64,000 nt of DNA, from assembly GCA_016199085.1 (NCBI GenBank), contig JACQHJ010000003.1:38676-102675 (forward strand), given 5' to 3'. Under the pieces are notes generated by a model, which saw nothing but the letters and a program-made list of their open reading frames with translations, had not been told where the DNA came from and did not search any database. The stretch comes from Candidatus Levyibacteriota bacterium (GTDB lineage: Bacteria; Patescibacteriota; Microgenomatia; Levybacterales; UBA12049). The position numbers and the translations under genes were made by a program. This document shows, piece after piece, positions 9,782 to 20,645 of the stretch; within the stretch, counting starts at the first letter, position 1; every line of letters begins with the position of its first letter.

Positions 9782-10351
9782 CTAAAAGACGACTTTTAGC
9801 TTTGGCCACTTTTTAAGAGTCTTTTTTGTTTTCATTCTTTCTTTAAATACTTTCAAATCTTTTTTAAATTTAGGAGTTGGTCGCAAAATCAGATTTACCA
9901 AATCTTTTATTCCTATTGGCGTTGCTAAGATGAGTTTTCCATTCTTTATTCTTACGCCAATACAGGTTGCAGTCTCTACCCAATTTGATAATCCTTCCTC
10001 TGAGTTTTTATATGGTTTATCGTTATGCATCAAATGCATTCTTGCCTGATTGGTAACGCTCCAATTAATCTTTGGCATTTTTTTCTTTAGAACTTCTTGA
10101 TATCTTTCTTCAGCTTTGGTTGAAAAGGATTTTGCTTCAATCTTATCAAAATCTTTTTTATCAAAGTAGACTACATCTATATCGGGAAGTGGAGTTCTTT
10201 TCCTGTATCCATGCAGACTGTCCCAAACTTTTCCTCTTACAAAACCTGCTCCGACCCACCAATCAGATAAATTAAGCTTGCCAACGATTTTTAATACATC
10301 TATCATCCATTTATCTTTTTCTATAAGAGAGATTATGTCTTTTTTATTCAT
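9782..10351 (-). CDS. DUF925-type nucleotidyltransferase family protein
   Basis: WWVGAGFVR..WD, DIDVVYFD, WSVTNQARMH, WVETAT. Confidence 0.85.
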   Translation of the reverse strand: MNKKDIISLIEKDKWMIDVLKIVGKLNLSDWWVGAGFVRGKVWDSLHGYRKRTPLPDIDVVYFDKKDFDKIEAKSFSTKAEERYQEVLKKKMPKINWSVTNQARMHLMHNDKPYKNSEEGLSNWVETATCIGVRIKNGKLILATPIGIKDLVNLILRPTPKFKKDLKVFKERMKTKKTLKKWPKLKVVF

Positions 10352-10368
10352 TAAAAAGTATATGTGTT

Positions 10369-11646
10369 TTAATTACAGGCACTTGAGGGATAATAATTGT
10401 CTGCTTTTGACCCAAACTTTTCTCCTGATCCGTTTTTGCTCATATTATTTCCACAAATCTTTCCCTGAGGCTCTGTTTCTATCTTTAATCCACCCTCTTG
10501 GTTTTGTCTGAAAGTATTGCCGTAGACGTCGTTTCCTATTCCGTAAACTACACTGTCAATCATGTGCCCCCCCAAACGTATGCCAGCGCCCCTGTTTCCA
10601 AAAGTATCGTTATATCTGAATATATTCCTGTCTCCCCTTGCGTCAAGTCCGCCCGAATCTGAATCCATCTGACCGGTGCATGAGTTATATTCGATAATAT
10701 TTTCACTTGAACCTTCTTTTATATCAACACATTCGTTGCCCTGGGTATTGATTGTATTGTGGTGAATAAAGTTTTTTGAAGATTTATCGGCATCTTTGGT
10801 TGGATTTTTTCCATCTCCCCATTGATCAGAAGAAGTACCCAGATATATTCCTTCCCCGTTTTTATTATTGCTTTCAAATTTAAAATCAAATGCACCGCAA
10901 GGACCTACTGCGTTATATGATATCTCGCTTGCCATCACATAGTATCTAAGCCTTATGCACTCTCCTCCGGCGTTTTGAATGACCATTCTTGTTATCTTAA
11001 GACCAGTAAGCGGTGTATATGCTTTTTTACCTAAGACATAAATTAATTTATCTCTGTAGTTTTTTTTATCATTTGGATCCCCTACTAAACCGTCAATCGT
11101 AAACCCCTCCAGGTAAATATTATTGTGATTTATCTCAATAACCCTGGGACCCCCAGATCCTTTTACAATTGCACCCTTTTCGCCCTTTATCGTAATTGGA
11201 GCATCTCCATTGCCATCCCTGACTGTTATAACATTTTGCATATATATCCCATTTGCAAGATTTATTACATCTGAGGGACTTGCAACCGATAGAGCCTTTT
11301 GAATTGTTTTAAAAGAAGAGTTTTTAGATGTTCCAATATTTGAGTCATTACCCGTATTTGGATCGACAAAATAACTTGTACCGACCTTTATTGTATTTGT
11401 GGGAGAATTTGTACCCGATGGATTATTTGTTGGTGTAGAAGTAGCATCTGGGCCCGTCTGAATGTCCTGGGGAATATTTTTACTTGGTTTATTATTTATC
11501 ACCGAAACTACGATTGAAATACCTAAAACAATGATAATTAAAAGTGCTAAAACTTTTATCATATTATTTGGGAATAGTTTGGATTTAACGGTAAGTTTTT
11601 TCTTACGTTTTTTAGATAACTTCTGACGGGACTTTCTTCTTGCCAT
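10369..11646 (-). CDS. Membrane-anchored right-handed beta-helix protein (DUF1565/polysaccharide lyase-like)
   Basis: N-terminal TM; YFVDPNTGNDSNIGT..FKTIQKA; NGEGIYLG; ECVDIKEGS; parallel beta-helix repeats. Confidence 0.8.
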   Translation of the reverse strand: MARRKSRQKLSKKRKKKLTVKSKLFPNNMIKVLALLIIIVLGISIVVSVINNKPSKNIPQDIQTGPDATSTPTNNPSGTNSPTNTIKVGTSYFVDPNTGNDSNIGTSKNSSFKTIQKALSVASPSDVINLANGIYMQNVITVRDGNGDAPITIKGEKGAIVKGSGGPRVIEINHNNIYLEGFTIDGLVGDPNDKKNYRDKLIYVLGKKAYTPLTGLKITRMVIQNAGGECIRLRYYVMASEISYNAVGPCGAFDFKFESNNKNGEGIYLGTSSDQWGDGKNPTKDADKSSKNFIHHNTINTQGNECVDIKEGSSENIIEYNSCTGQMDSDSGGLDARGDRNIFRYNDTFGNRGAGIRLGGHMIDSVVYGIGNDVYGNTFRQNQEGGLKIETEPQGKICGNNMSKNGSGEKFGSKADNYYPSSACN

Positions 11647-11708
11647 ATTTATTATGTAGAGTATAAACTGGGATTGCAAGAAGTGTCAAACACAAAAAGT
11701 CAACCTGT

Positions 11709-12620
11709 TTATAAAATATTCTTTTGCTCAAAGGCAAATTCGTGAAGACCAAGTGCGGTAACAAATTTATTGTTTACGTCAATTACCATCTTTAAAAGTG
11801 ATGCATCAAATCCGTGGGTCGTTGCCCAATAGTAAAAAGCCTGGGTATCTTTTGGCAAGCAACTTCCTTGGAACGGTCCCATATTTCTGATCCCATATTT
11901 TGGATTCCACATTCCCTCACAACTAATTGCAGTGTATTTAAAAATCTTATCTGCATCGACATCAATCTTTGCCGCAATTTCTCGCATCTCATTGTAGAAG
12001 CTTATCTTTGCCGCGTTAAATAGGTTATGGACATATTTTTGCATTTCCGCCTCCATTAATTTACATCTATGCTGTGGGCATGTAAATTTATTCTTATAGA
12101 CGGACTCTAATAGATCTCCTGATTTTTGATCATATTCCCCTATTAAAATTATCCAAGGATTTAGTGTATCATCGTATGCGGTTTCTTCCCGAAGATATTC
12201 CGGATTCATGCAGGCGCCGAAATCTTTACCTGCCTTTTTACCTGAATATTTTTCAATTAATGGAATAACCAGGTTTTGTGTTGTTCCCGGAGGCACTGTG
12301 CTTTTTACAACGACCAGATGATATTTCTTTGTGTTTTTGAGTCTTTTTCCAAGATCCGTTGCTGCTGATTCCAAAGCCTGTAGATTTATTTTTCCTTCTT
12401 TGGTTGGGGTTGGAACGGTAAGCATGGAAATATCGAAATTGTATCCTGAGTCCATAAGTTCATGTCTTTCATAAGCTTTATATCCTTCCCCTCTTAATTT
12501 TTTTACCTTTTCAATATTTCCACCCAAAAATGCAACCTCATAGCCTTTGGCTGCAAAGACTTTTCCCGTTGCCTGTCCTACAATTCCCGGACCAATAATA
12601 CAAATCGTTGGTTTATTCAT
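11709..12620 (-). CDS. UDP-glucose/GDP-mannose dehydrogenase family (short form lacking the C-terminal domain)
   Basis: GPGIVG, VPTP, KSTVPPGT, NPEYLRE, GSCLPKD. Confidence 0.9.
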   Translation of the reverse strand: MNKPTICIIGPGIVGQATGKVFAAKGYEVAFLGGNIEKVKKLRGEGYKAYERHELMDSGYNFDISMLTVPTPTKEGKINLQALESAATDLGKRLKNTKKYHLVVVKSTVPPGTTQNLVIPLIEKYSGKKAGKDFGACMNPEYLREETAYDDTLNPWIILIGEYDQKSGDLLESVYKNKFTCPQHRCKLMEAEMQKYVHNLFNAAKISFYNEMREIAAKIDVDADKIFKYTAISCEGMWNPKYGIRNMGPFQGSCLPKDTQAFYYWATTHGFDASLLKMVIDVNNKFVTALGLHEFAFEQKNIL

Positions 12621-12728
12621 TTTTGAAAACTAAATCCAAAACTTACAGACGTAACTTTCGGGGCAGAAAGATAAGTTATCATATTTTAAAAAATAATTAT
12701 AAAAAATCAAGATGGATTTTTGGCAAAT

Positions 12729-15627
12729 TTAGTTTGCTAAATCTACCATTCCCATCACGTCTTTTCTATTCTTATATAACTGGTTAATACCCAAAATGTT
12801 ACTGACATCTGTTTTTACTTTTGTGTAGATTGCATAAACCCTGCTTTCTCTAATCTGGTTTTGGGCAAGTTTATTGCCAAGAGCGCTGTCTTGGAAATAT
12901 ATTCCGATTCCGTTATTGGTTAACAGATTTTTACTTATTTCATTCAAATCTGATTTTACATATACTCCTACTTTATTTCTGTCAAAAGTATTATTTGTTA
13001 TTAAATTATTATTTGCTTTATCATAAAAATATATTCCGTATAAAACGCTTCCTGAAATGTTATTTTCCACTACTGTGTTTTTATTTGAGGAAACATTTGC
13101 CCTAACACCGTGTCTATTGTTCTTAACGGTATTTCCTAGGACAATGTTATTACTAGATCTCCATAGGGCAATTCCACTGGTATTTCCGGAAACAGTATTA
13201 TTTTCAATAATGTTAAAGTCAGATTTTTCATGAAGCATTATTCCGTGGGATTTATTGTCATAGGAAATATTATCTCTAATTGTGTTATACATGCAGCGTT
13301 TTGAAAAGATTATCCCGTGGGTTCCGTTATTGTGGGCAATATTTTTTTCAACCAAGAACCCGTTTGAATCATCGTGGGGATCCAAACCGTATCTTATATT
13401 GTCATAGAATTCATTACCACGCCAGGTCATTCCCGTTGCGCCGTATGTGTATGCACCGAAATAGTTGTGATGGAATTTACTGTTAATAACTTCACCCGTT
13501 AATAAAACTTTTTTTAATTTCAAACTGGACAATTTCCACGAAATTCCGTATGGAGAAACTGAAATATCTGATTTGGTTGGATATCCAAGATATGAGATGT
13601 CAGAATCGTAAACATCAAGTCTTGAATTGTCTTTTACCATAATGAAGCTTCTTCCGTCAGCCAGTTCAAAATCATAATTTGACTTACTACTATCCCATGA
13701 AGTAACCTTGACTCCATTTATGATGATATCTCCGTTTCGAGATCTTAGCATTGCAAATCCCTTACTGTTACTTTCAAGTTTTAGCCAGGTAACTTCATTT
13801 TTATCAAGTTTTAAAGTTGCACCATCTGCCAGAAAGATTGTCGCCTTGGAAATCCAGACTTTTGGAGACTGCTCTAAGAGATAATTTGCACCGCCTCTTT
13901 GGGCAATATCTGAAAGAGTAAATACTCTTCCTCTTCCGCTTACCAAAAGAGTATTGGTAGATTTATCATAAGTAACACTGGCTGCAGGGACTTCAACCTC
14001 TCTTACAAGACCAAACTCAGGAACCAGTGCAATATCTTTGCCCGGAATCGATATTATCTGCCCGTTAGAAATTGTCCTGTTTGGCGCCTTTGCCATATTG
14101 GCAAAATATAGCTGATCACTGCTTATGCCGTATTCCTGTGCAATAGCTGAAAGAGTTTTATTATCCTTTACTTCTACGCGTTTAGTTAATAAATCCTTAT
14201 TAACGGTTTGCGTTCCCAAAACAGCTGCGCTTGCAATAGTATTTGAATTTGTAATCAATGCCTGTGCCAATATCTGATCTTTCTGTGTATGCGGCATTAA
14301 ATATGTATATTGTTTATAAAGATAAACACCATAGGCTAAAAACAAAACTACCGCCGCTGTGGCAACATATGCAGGAAGAGAGTTAATAAACTTAATATGA
14401 GGAAGCCTTGATTTATCCCATCTTGTTATCCAACCCTGAGTGTTTAACGTAAAGAAAGCATAGATTTTAATAAGTCCAGTAAGAAAAGAGTAGATAACGT
14501 ATCCTGGAAGTATATAAATGTTTTTGGGATCTTTTGATAAATAAGGATGAATTTTAATGGCTCTGCTTGTAAACCACCAGACAAAAATAACTGCGGCTGC
14601 TATCCAAATCCCAAGATACAAAGATACAAAAAAATAAATTGGACTTAGTATTACTACAAATGACTGGAGGAATTTATCTATTTGGAAAAATAAAAGTGCG
14701 GGATGTTTCAGTGGCCACCCATTAAAAATTGCTCCAAGATCCGCTCTCAAACCGTTTCTTGTCCATCTTAGTCTTTGTTTAAGATAAGCTCTTAAACTTT
14801 CCATCCCCGGCGTATAGACGTGTGAATTACTTTGATATGCAACCTTAAAACCTGCTTGTAAAACTAAATAGGTAAGTCTTTTATCATCGCCTGATATAAC
14901 AGGTCTTCCCAAAAACTTCTCATTAACTAATTTTTCAAGCATTGGGGTAATAATTTCTCTTATAAAAAGCTGTTCTTCCTGAAAGACAGACAAGTGCATC
15001 TCCGCAAGCAGCTAGAAACGGGTATTCATGTTTATATCGAAGATCGAGTTGGACATCAAAGATCTTTTGAGCAAAGGTCTTGGGATTTAAAACGCTTTGA
15101 TAAGTTGCGACTCCGGCCATCCTTCTGTCATTAAACGGAGGAAGTCCGTTTTGAAGCGTATCGGGTGACCAGATCGTGTCACTATCAACGAGCGCAACGA
15201 TTTCTGATTTTGCCCTTGCTATTCCATCAGCCAAGGCTTGTCTTTTGCCAGGAACTTTTGTAACAATCAAAACTCCCCTTTTAAAGGATTTCTTAAACTT
15301 TTCAAAAATTTGGATACAGGTTTTATCTGTATAATCAATTACCGCAATTATCTCCGAAGGCTTATTATTCCTCCAGGACTCTAAAGCTTTTGTAAATACT
15401 TTTGGATCTTCATTGTAGACCGGAGTCACTATTGAGACTTCTGCCTCATATGGCTTTGTTCTAGGTTTATAATGAAGACCTATTATTTCTTTCATCATCC
15501 AGACAGACCATCTCCAAATCCCTATTACCCCTAAAGGAACAAGAAATGAATATCTGTCCAGATACTGCTCTGACCAAAAGGCAATGTCTGATAAGAATAA
15601 TTGAAAATTAATAATAAGTGCTTCCAT
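12729..15627 (-). CDS. GT2 polysaccharide synthase fused to LysM and AlgG-like beta-helix; split by one frameshift near 14955-14965
   Basis: ORF 14935-15627 (PVYNE, GKR, VDSD, CLSGRTAFY) continues in ORF 12729-14999 (GDDKRLT, QRLRW, TMs, LysM TLSAIAQEYGIS, YGLDPHD, NosD-type repeats). Confidence 0.8.
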
Positions 15628-16502
15628 TATTTCTTTCTCTTTCTTTTTGTAACTTTATTATTTGTTTTAGTTTTATAAGTAAACGTACTTTGGGCAAATT
15701 TAAAATTAACATTGATATATCTATTTTTATATAAAATAATAAATGCCATAAACACGATAATGCTTAACTGGATAAAATACTTACACCAGAAACTGTCATT
15801 TGGACAAAAACCATTAAGCTTATAAAAAGCTAGGTAGACTAAAAGAGGAATCAGAACTGAATAAATTTGCTTTAGCCTAAGATTTCTTTTGGAGAGATAG
15901 AAAAAGGCCAGTAAAAGCATCATCTCTATCCCAAGAAGCTGGAGTCCCACACAGGTTGAACAATTTAAAGATTGACCCGCTGCGGCAACTAATGGAGCCG
16001 GCGGTGGAGCTTTCTCGTCATCAAATTCTTCTGTTGGGGTAGCCGATGCGCTTGCAACAGCTACTGTTTTATAGATCGATAAGTTTGGCTGTTTAGGACC
16101 AGTAGAGGTAACGCTTTTTCTGTTTGGAAATCCGGGTATTGCTGAAAGTTTGTTGGAAAATTTTCCCGGCTTGCATCCATTTTCTCCCCTAACTTTAAAG
16201 TAATATTTTACTCCGTTTTCAAGTTCCGTAACCGAATAGGTTGTGGTTTTGCCGACATTGGGATTTCCATATTCAAGATTTATTTCATCTCTTGCATAGG
16301 CTACGAGGTAATGAGTAATGGGTTCAGGCGCCGGCTGCCATGTTAAAACAACACTTCTGTCTTTTGCTTCCGCCGATATTAAAACAGGAGGGATTTCAGG
16401 CCTTTGATTTTTGCAACTTAATGCATCAGCCTTTTGTATAAAAATTGGTGCCAATAAAACCGAAAAAAGTAGTATTAATACTACCAATAACTTTTTCCCC
16501 AT
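15627..16502 (-). CDS. Fibronectin type III domain membrane protein
   Basis: Signal peptide; VVLTW..Y.VAY, LENGVKYYFKVRG; three C-terminal TMs; start taken at MGKKLL. Confidence 0.8.
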   Translation of the reverse strand: MGKKLLVVLILLFSVLLAPIFIQKADALSCKNQRPEIPPVLISAEAKDRSVVLTWQPAPEPITHYLVAYARDEINLEYGNPNVGKTTTYSVTELENGVKYYFKVRGENGCKPGKFSNKLSAIPGFPNRKSVTSTGPKQPNLSIYKTVAVASASATPTEEFDDEKAPPPAPLVAAAGQSLNCSTCVGLQLLGIEMMLLLAFFYLSKRNLRLKQIYSVLIPLLVYLAFYKLNGFCPNDSFWCKYFIQLSIIVFMAFIILYKNRYINVNFKFAQSTFTYKTKTNNKVTKRKRKK

Positions 16503-16512
16503 AGTATAAAAT

Positions 16513-16528
16513 TGTGACAATTGTAACA
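16513..16528. promoter_or_regulatory. CRP/FNR-type box
   Basis: TGTGA-CAATTG-TAACA, 10 bp upstream of the FN3 start codon. Confidence 0.6.
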
Positions 16529-16633
16529 TAAACTACAAAAAAATGTCTATAGTCTTTTTGAAGAATATTCAATCTTAATTATTCTTTTTCTTTATTGAAA
16601 TTGTTTTTTTGTTTGTACTATACTTACTTTAAC

Positions 16634-17230
16634 GTGAATGGATTCGTTCTTGTTGCAAATCCTTTTTGGGTAAACTTATTAATACTTATTCCATTCTTTC
16701 TTTTTTATTACTTTAGGAAACACAAGTTAGACATAAGTAGAAATACCTTATTAAAAACCGCAATGTTTGGAACAGCATTTGGTTTTATAGAAGCAGCTGT
16801 TGTTGTCTACCTTCGGGCCGCACTTGGTTTCCTGCCGGGATTTAAGGGTACATTGCCGGATATTTGGAGACAAGCTTCAACTTTTGACTATAATCAACAA
16901 TTGGTTATCAATGAACTTCCGGTAAGTCTTTTTACTGTTGAACTTGTAAGAGAAGCATTCACAATACTGATGCTTTTATCAGTTGCTTTTATTGCAGCTT
17001 ACAAATTTAGGGAAAGAATTGCTGTCTTTCTTTGGGCTTTTGCATTCTGGGATATTTTTTATTATGTATTTTTATACTTAACGGTTCGCTGGCCGATGAG
17101 CCTTACGACACCTGATCTGTTATTCTTAATACCAGTTCCCTGGACTTCCCAAGTCTGGTTTCCAATACTGATAAGTACGCTTACAATTTTTGCTGTTTTT
17201 ATAAACAGTAAAGTCAAGAAAAATGCATAA
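16634..17230 (+). CDS. Membrane protein
   Basis: Hydrophobic ORF with EAAVVVYLR, REAFT, WDIFYY, DLLFLIPVPW conserved-looking motifs. Confidence 0.75.
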   Translation: MNGFVLVANPFWVNLLILIPFFLFYYFRKHKLDISRNTLLKTAMFGTAFGFIEAAVVVYLRAALGFLPGFKGTLPDIWRQASTFDYNQQLVINELPVSLFTVELVREAFTILMLLSVAFIAAYKFRERIAVFLWAFAFWDIFYYVFLYLTVRWPMSLTTPDLLFLIPVPWTSQVWFPILISTLTIFAVFINSKVKKNA

Positions 17231-17926
17231 GCTTAATCTTTTATTTACACTTTCCTCCTTTTCCGTTCTTTTGGTAACCGTTGAAAGATTTTCTTTTACC
17301 GCAAAAATATTACTTCAGCCTTACAGTTTTTTCAGGCTTCATGAAATTATCCAAATGTCAGTACTTATTTTACTAACCGTAATTATTCCCGTACTGATAC
17401 TTAAAGAAATAACCCAAAATTTCAAAAACATCAAACAAAAAGAATTTGTTTTAATTCTTACTTTTATAACAGGCGTTTATTTCTACGCAACGGGAAACGG
17501 AGTTCATGAACTCGCAAGTTTTCTCTTTAACCATTACTGCAATACTATTAAATTTGCAGGAGACCTTTGCGGAGGGTTTTTCTTTAACGATTATTCACCG
17601 GAAATATCTTTTACTTTATAGGAGGGTTTATGATGGTTGCCTCACTACTACTTTTAGAATTCAAAAGGCCAAATGAAACTTACAAAAAAAAGGATTTTCC
17701 TATAACTATCATAAATGCTGTAATTTATGCTTTCGCAATATTTGCCTATGCAGCTTTTGACAAAGTTTTGGTAGGGATAGTTTATTCATTTATTACTACA
17801 GTTTTTTCCATATATCTTTTTATAAAGATAAGAGAGAATTATCTAAAATATCCTGTAATCACTTATACAACCATAACTTATATATTAGGTACTGTTGCCG
17901 CTTTTATTGTAAGGTTTGTTATGTAG
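17223..17926 (+). CDS. Membrane protein split by a frameshift near 17595
   Basis: 132-aa and 98-aa hydrophobic ORFs join via ..NDY-x-TGNIFYFIGGFMMV if one base is restored. Confidence 0.6.
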
Positions 17927-17990
17927 ATTGTGATGTGTAGTCTTTTGTCATATTGACACATATTCAAAATTTGATGATATACTGTAATCC

Positions 17991-18209
17991 ATGAACACTG
18001 CCACAAAAATTTTAGATAATGGGTATAATAACAAGTTCGAGCAAATTATGAGATTGCTTAATTACATTGGGCTTAAGTTAGACCTTATGCATCTGGAGAA
18101 TAGATTATGGCACGAATATCCGAATGAAATGAGCAAGGAGAGAAAAAGGTTATGTAGGAGATGGTTAGAGGAAGGATTCGTAAAATGCAAACATGAATCT
18201 GAGAGTTGA
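17991..18209 (+). CDS. Hypothetical protein
   Basis: 72-aa ORF directly after a TTGACA..TATACT promoter. Confidence 0.45.
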   Translation: MNTATKILDNGYNNKFEQIMRLLNYIGLKLDLMHLENRLWHEYPNEMSKERKRLCRRWLEEGFVKCKHESES

Positions 18210-18348
18210 TAATACCGTCGGAACTAATAAAATTCATGAATTAGATAAAACTACCAAAAACCACGAGGCACGAATAACAAAACTTGAATCCCCGAATTGA
18301 AAATTTTGGATTTACTACTTTACTTGAAAGATAAAAGGGTATTAAATA

Positions 18349-18615
18349 ATGTTGATGGTAAAGTTTGGATATTTTTGGAGCGTTATTATTGTTTTTCTAA
18401 TGGCTTTCCTTTTATGGCTTAATTTCTCCAATAGTCTTGAGTATGTAAAAATTAGAAAATATCCTACGATTACTCCTAGTTCCAATGTAACCTGTAAAAA
18501 TTTCCTGACACAAAAAGACGCACAGGATTTTTTTACTGCAAACGGAGGACCTGGTATCGATAAGTATAATTTAGACGGAGATAAAGATGGAAAAGTTTGC
18601 GAGAGTTTGCCTTAA
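18349..18615 (+). CDS. Excalibur calcium-binding domain protein
   Basis: TM then CKNFLTQKDAQ..LDGDKDGKVCE. Confidence 0.85.
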   Translation: MLMVKFGYFWSVIIVFLMAFLLWLNFSNSLEYVKIRKYPTITPSSNVTCKNFLTQKDAQDFFTANGGPGIDKYNLDGDKDGKVCESLP

Positions 18616-18620
18616 ATAAA

Positions 18621-18908
18621 ATGATACATTTACCTAAAAAATCAAGAGAGTACCCTTTTTACATTTTAGTTTCCTGGCTAGCTCTTTGGGGAGCATACTT
18701 TCTAATGAATACCTTTATTACCCTTACCAATTTAACCCCAGATGGAAAATATGTACAAAAGGCAGACGACAGACCTTACTTTGTAACAGTAGGAGCCGAA
18801 CTTAAATATTCTTTTGTCTCATCAGGGGTTATCATTGGCTTTGGAACAATAATCGGGGGAAGCGTACTTGCTCTTAATAAATACTATAAGGAGAAAAAGA
18901 AGAAATAA
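18621..18908 (+). CDS. Two-TM hypothetical protein
   Basis: Two hydrophobic segments and a basic tail. Confidence 0.55.
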   Translation: MIHLPKKSREYPFYILVSWLALWGAYFLMNTFITLTNLTPDGKYVQKADDRPYFVTVGAELKYSFVSSGVIIGFGTIIGGSVLALNKYYKEKKKK

Positions 18909-18909
18909 A

Positions 18910-19327
18910 TTATCTATTCATCTTTACCAAAACTACACCCGCAACCAGAATCTGAAGTAATGAATTTATAGACCAGCATGCAACCATTGAGAACGATATT
19001 GGAAACGTGCTATATGAAATTATCATTCCGGGAGTAATTCCGATAAGGAAAAAAAACAAGACCAAATGCAAAACCTCTTCTCAGGGATCTATCATCTTTA
19101 AAAAGAACTTTAATATAATCCCAAGCAATTGCCAGAAAAAATCCAAATACAAAGGGGTTGGCAAAATAGATTAGCATTAAAGGATCTGTCCATGGTCTGA
19201 AAAGGTGTACATTCTCATACTCTTTGGCAAGACCCGGAATAAATGTATTTGAAACGTATCCGCATAAAAGTGAAACGATCAACATACAAACTCCGGCAAT
19301 AAATCCGGGCAGAATAATTCTTTTCAT
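18910..19327 (-). CDS. Membrane protein, frameshifted in an A8 run near 19049-19056
   Basis: Removing one base extends the ORF through GLVFFLIGITPGMIISYSTFPISF..KMNR* (stop at 18910). Confidence 0.65.
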
Positions 19328-19482
19328 ACTAATGCACTCCCTTAATATTTACTAGATGAAGATAATCGTATTTGTCTTTTTGAGAAAGCCTGTCAAATCT
19401 ATCAGAAAATATAAATTGTATTTTTCTTACTTTTTGAAGAATTGACTGTTTATCCATTACTCCCCATTTCTTAATCATATTT

Positions 19483-19824
19483 TTATTTCGTAATAAAGTG
19501 TCTAAATGTTGATATTGCCCAAAGAACAAGAATGGTTACTGTAAGAAGGGTAAATGCCAATTCTGTCCCTGTTACCAAACCATAAATAATTAAAATCAAT
19601 GCTAAAAAGCCTAATACACCTGCTGCCATTACCAAAACACTTGATCCCGAGGAAAACCCAGGAGACGAAGCGCACATTAAAATGCCAAAAAACGCCAGAA
19701 GTAAGATTCCCGCCCTATAACCCGAAATTAGAGGAACATCTATTCCTTTTGTCATAGCAAAATAAAGACCAAGCGTAAGTAGCGCCAAAAGCGTTGTGGA
19801 TAAATCCTTCCACGTAAGCGACAT
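19483..19824 (-). CDS. Small four-TM membrane protein
   Basis: Hydrophobic ORF starting MSLTWKD; CRP box upstream. Confidence 0.7.
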   Translation of the reverse strand: MSLTWKDLSTTLLALLTLGLYFAMTKGIDVPLISGYRAGILLLAFFGILMCASSPGFSSGSSVLVMAAGVLGFLALILIIYGLVTGTELAFTLLTVTILVLWAISTFRHFITK

Positions 19825-19873
19825 ATTTTCCCCTAACCAAAGCCCATAATAACAACCGGAAGCTAAAGACTCA

Positions 19874-19887
19874 GTGATAATTGTCAC
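19874..19887. promoter_or_regulatory. CRP/FNR-type box
   Basis: GTGA-TAATTG-TCAC. Confidence 0.65.
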
Positions 19888-19915
19888 CCAAAGAATTTAA
19901 AAAAATGAGGAATTT

Positions 19916-20566
19916 TTAGGAGTAATGCTTTACTTTTTCCTTTAGTTTATCCGTATCCACCAAAAGCTGTTTTTTATTGCTTTCAACAATTTTCTCTTTG
20001 TGCATTTTCTCAAACTGTCTGCTTACGGTTTCCCGCCTTAATCCTAGCCAGCTTGCAATATCGTCATGCTGAAGAGGAATGGTTATTAGTACTTTTTTGT
20101 CTTTCTTTTCACCAAACTTATCGCAAAAATACAATAAAAGCCCTGCAATCCTATTATATGCATCTTCAAAAACAAGCGACTCTATTCTAAGGGATAGACC
20201 TGATATAGCATCTGAAAAACGGGTAGCAAGATCAAGTAAGACTTCATTATCGCTTTCAACAAACTCCATAACTTTCTCAACCGGAGCTTTAACCGTCTCT
20301 ACGTTTTCCAAAGCCTCAAAATAATATTTGCCGTAAACTTTGCTAAGCAGGATCATAATCGGGAAAAATGAACCCGGTCTGAAGATATGCAAAGTTACTT
20401 CCTGACCGTCGGGTGAGATAGCATACATCCTCACTTTTCCCCTTTTTAAAAGGAATACGTTTTGTATTTGTCCGTCTGGATGAATAATGGTCTTTCCTTT
20501 GGTAAAACTTACTTGGGGAAACTTAGAAAAAAACTTATCAATTTTATCAACAGCGTTTTGTTGCAT
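19916..20566 (-). CDS. Crp/Fnr family transcriptional regulator
   Basis: cNMP-binding fold (LLKRGKVRMY..DGQEVTL) and HTH IASWLGLRRETVSR. Confidence 0.95.
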   Translation of the reverse strand: MQQNAVDKIDKFFSKFPQVSFTKGKTIIHPDGQIQNVFLLKRGKVRMYAISPDGQEVTLHIFRPGSFFPIMILLSKVYGKYYFEALENVETVKAPVEKVMEFVESDNEVLLDLATRFSDAISGLSLRIESLVFEDAYNRIAGLLLYFCDKFGEKKDKKVLITIPLQHDDIASWLGLRRETVSRQFEKMHKEKIVESNKKQLLVDTDKLKEKVKHYS

Positions 20567-20594
20567 AATCTCAAGTCAAAGTATACAGCTATAA

Positions 20595-20608
20595 ATGACA
20601 ATTGTCAC
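20595..20608. promoter_or_regulatory. CRP/FNR-type box (autoregulatory position)
   Basis: ATGA-CAATTG-TCAC between divergent crp and NUDIX genes. Confidence 0.6.
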
Positions 20609-20645
20609 TATTGAACTTTTATAAACTTAGAGCTATTATCTTTTC

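Noticed and set aside
18193-18300. Short ORF ending HEARITKLESPN
   Set aside because: A 35-aa coiled-coil-like fragment overlapping the upstream ORF; too little evidence to call.
19329-19529. 66-aa minus-strand ORF
   Set aside because: It overlaps the upstream gene with a weak start and no motif; uncertain.
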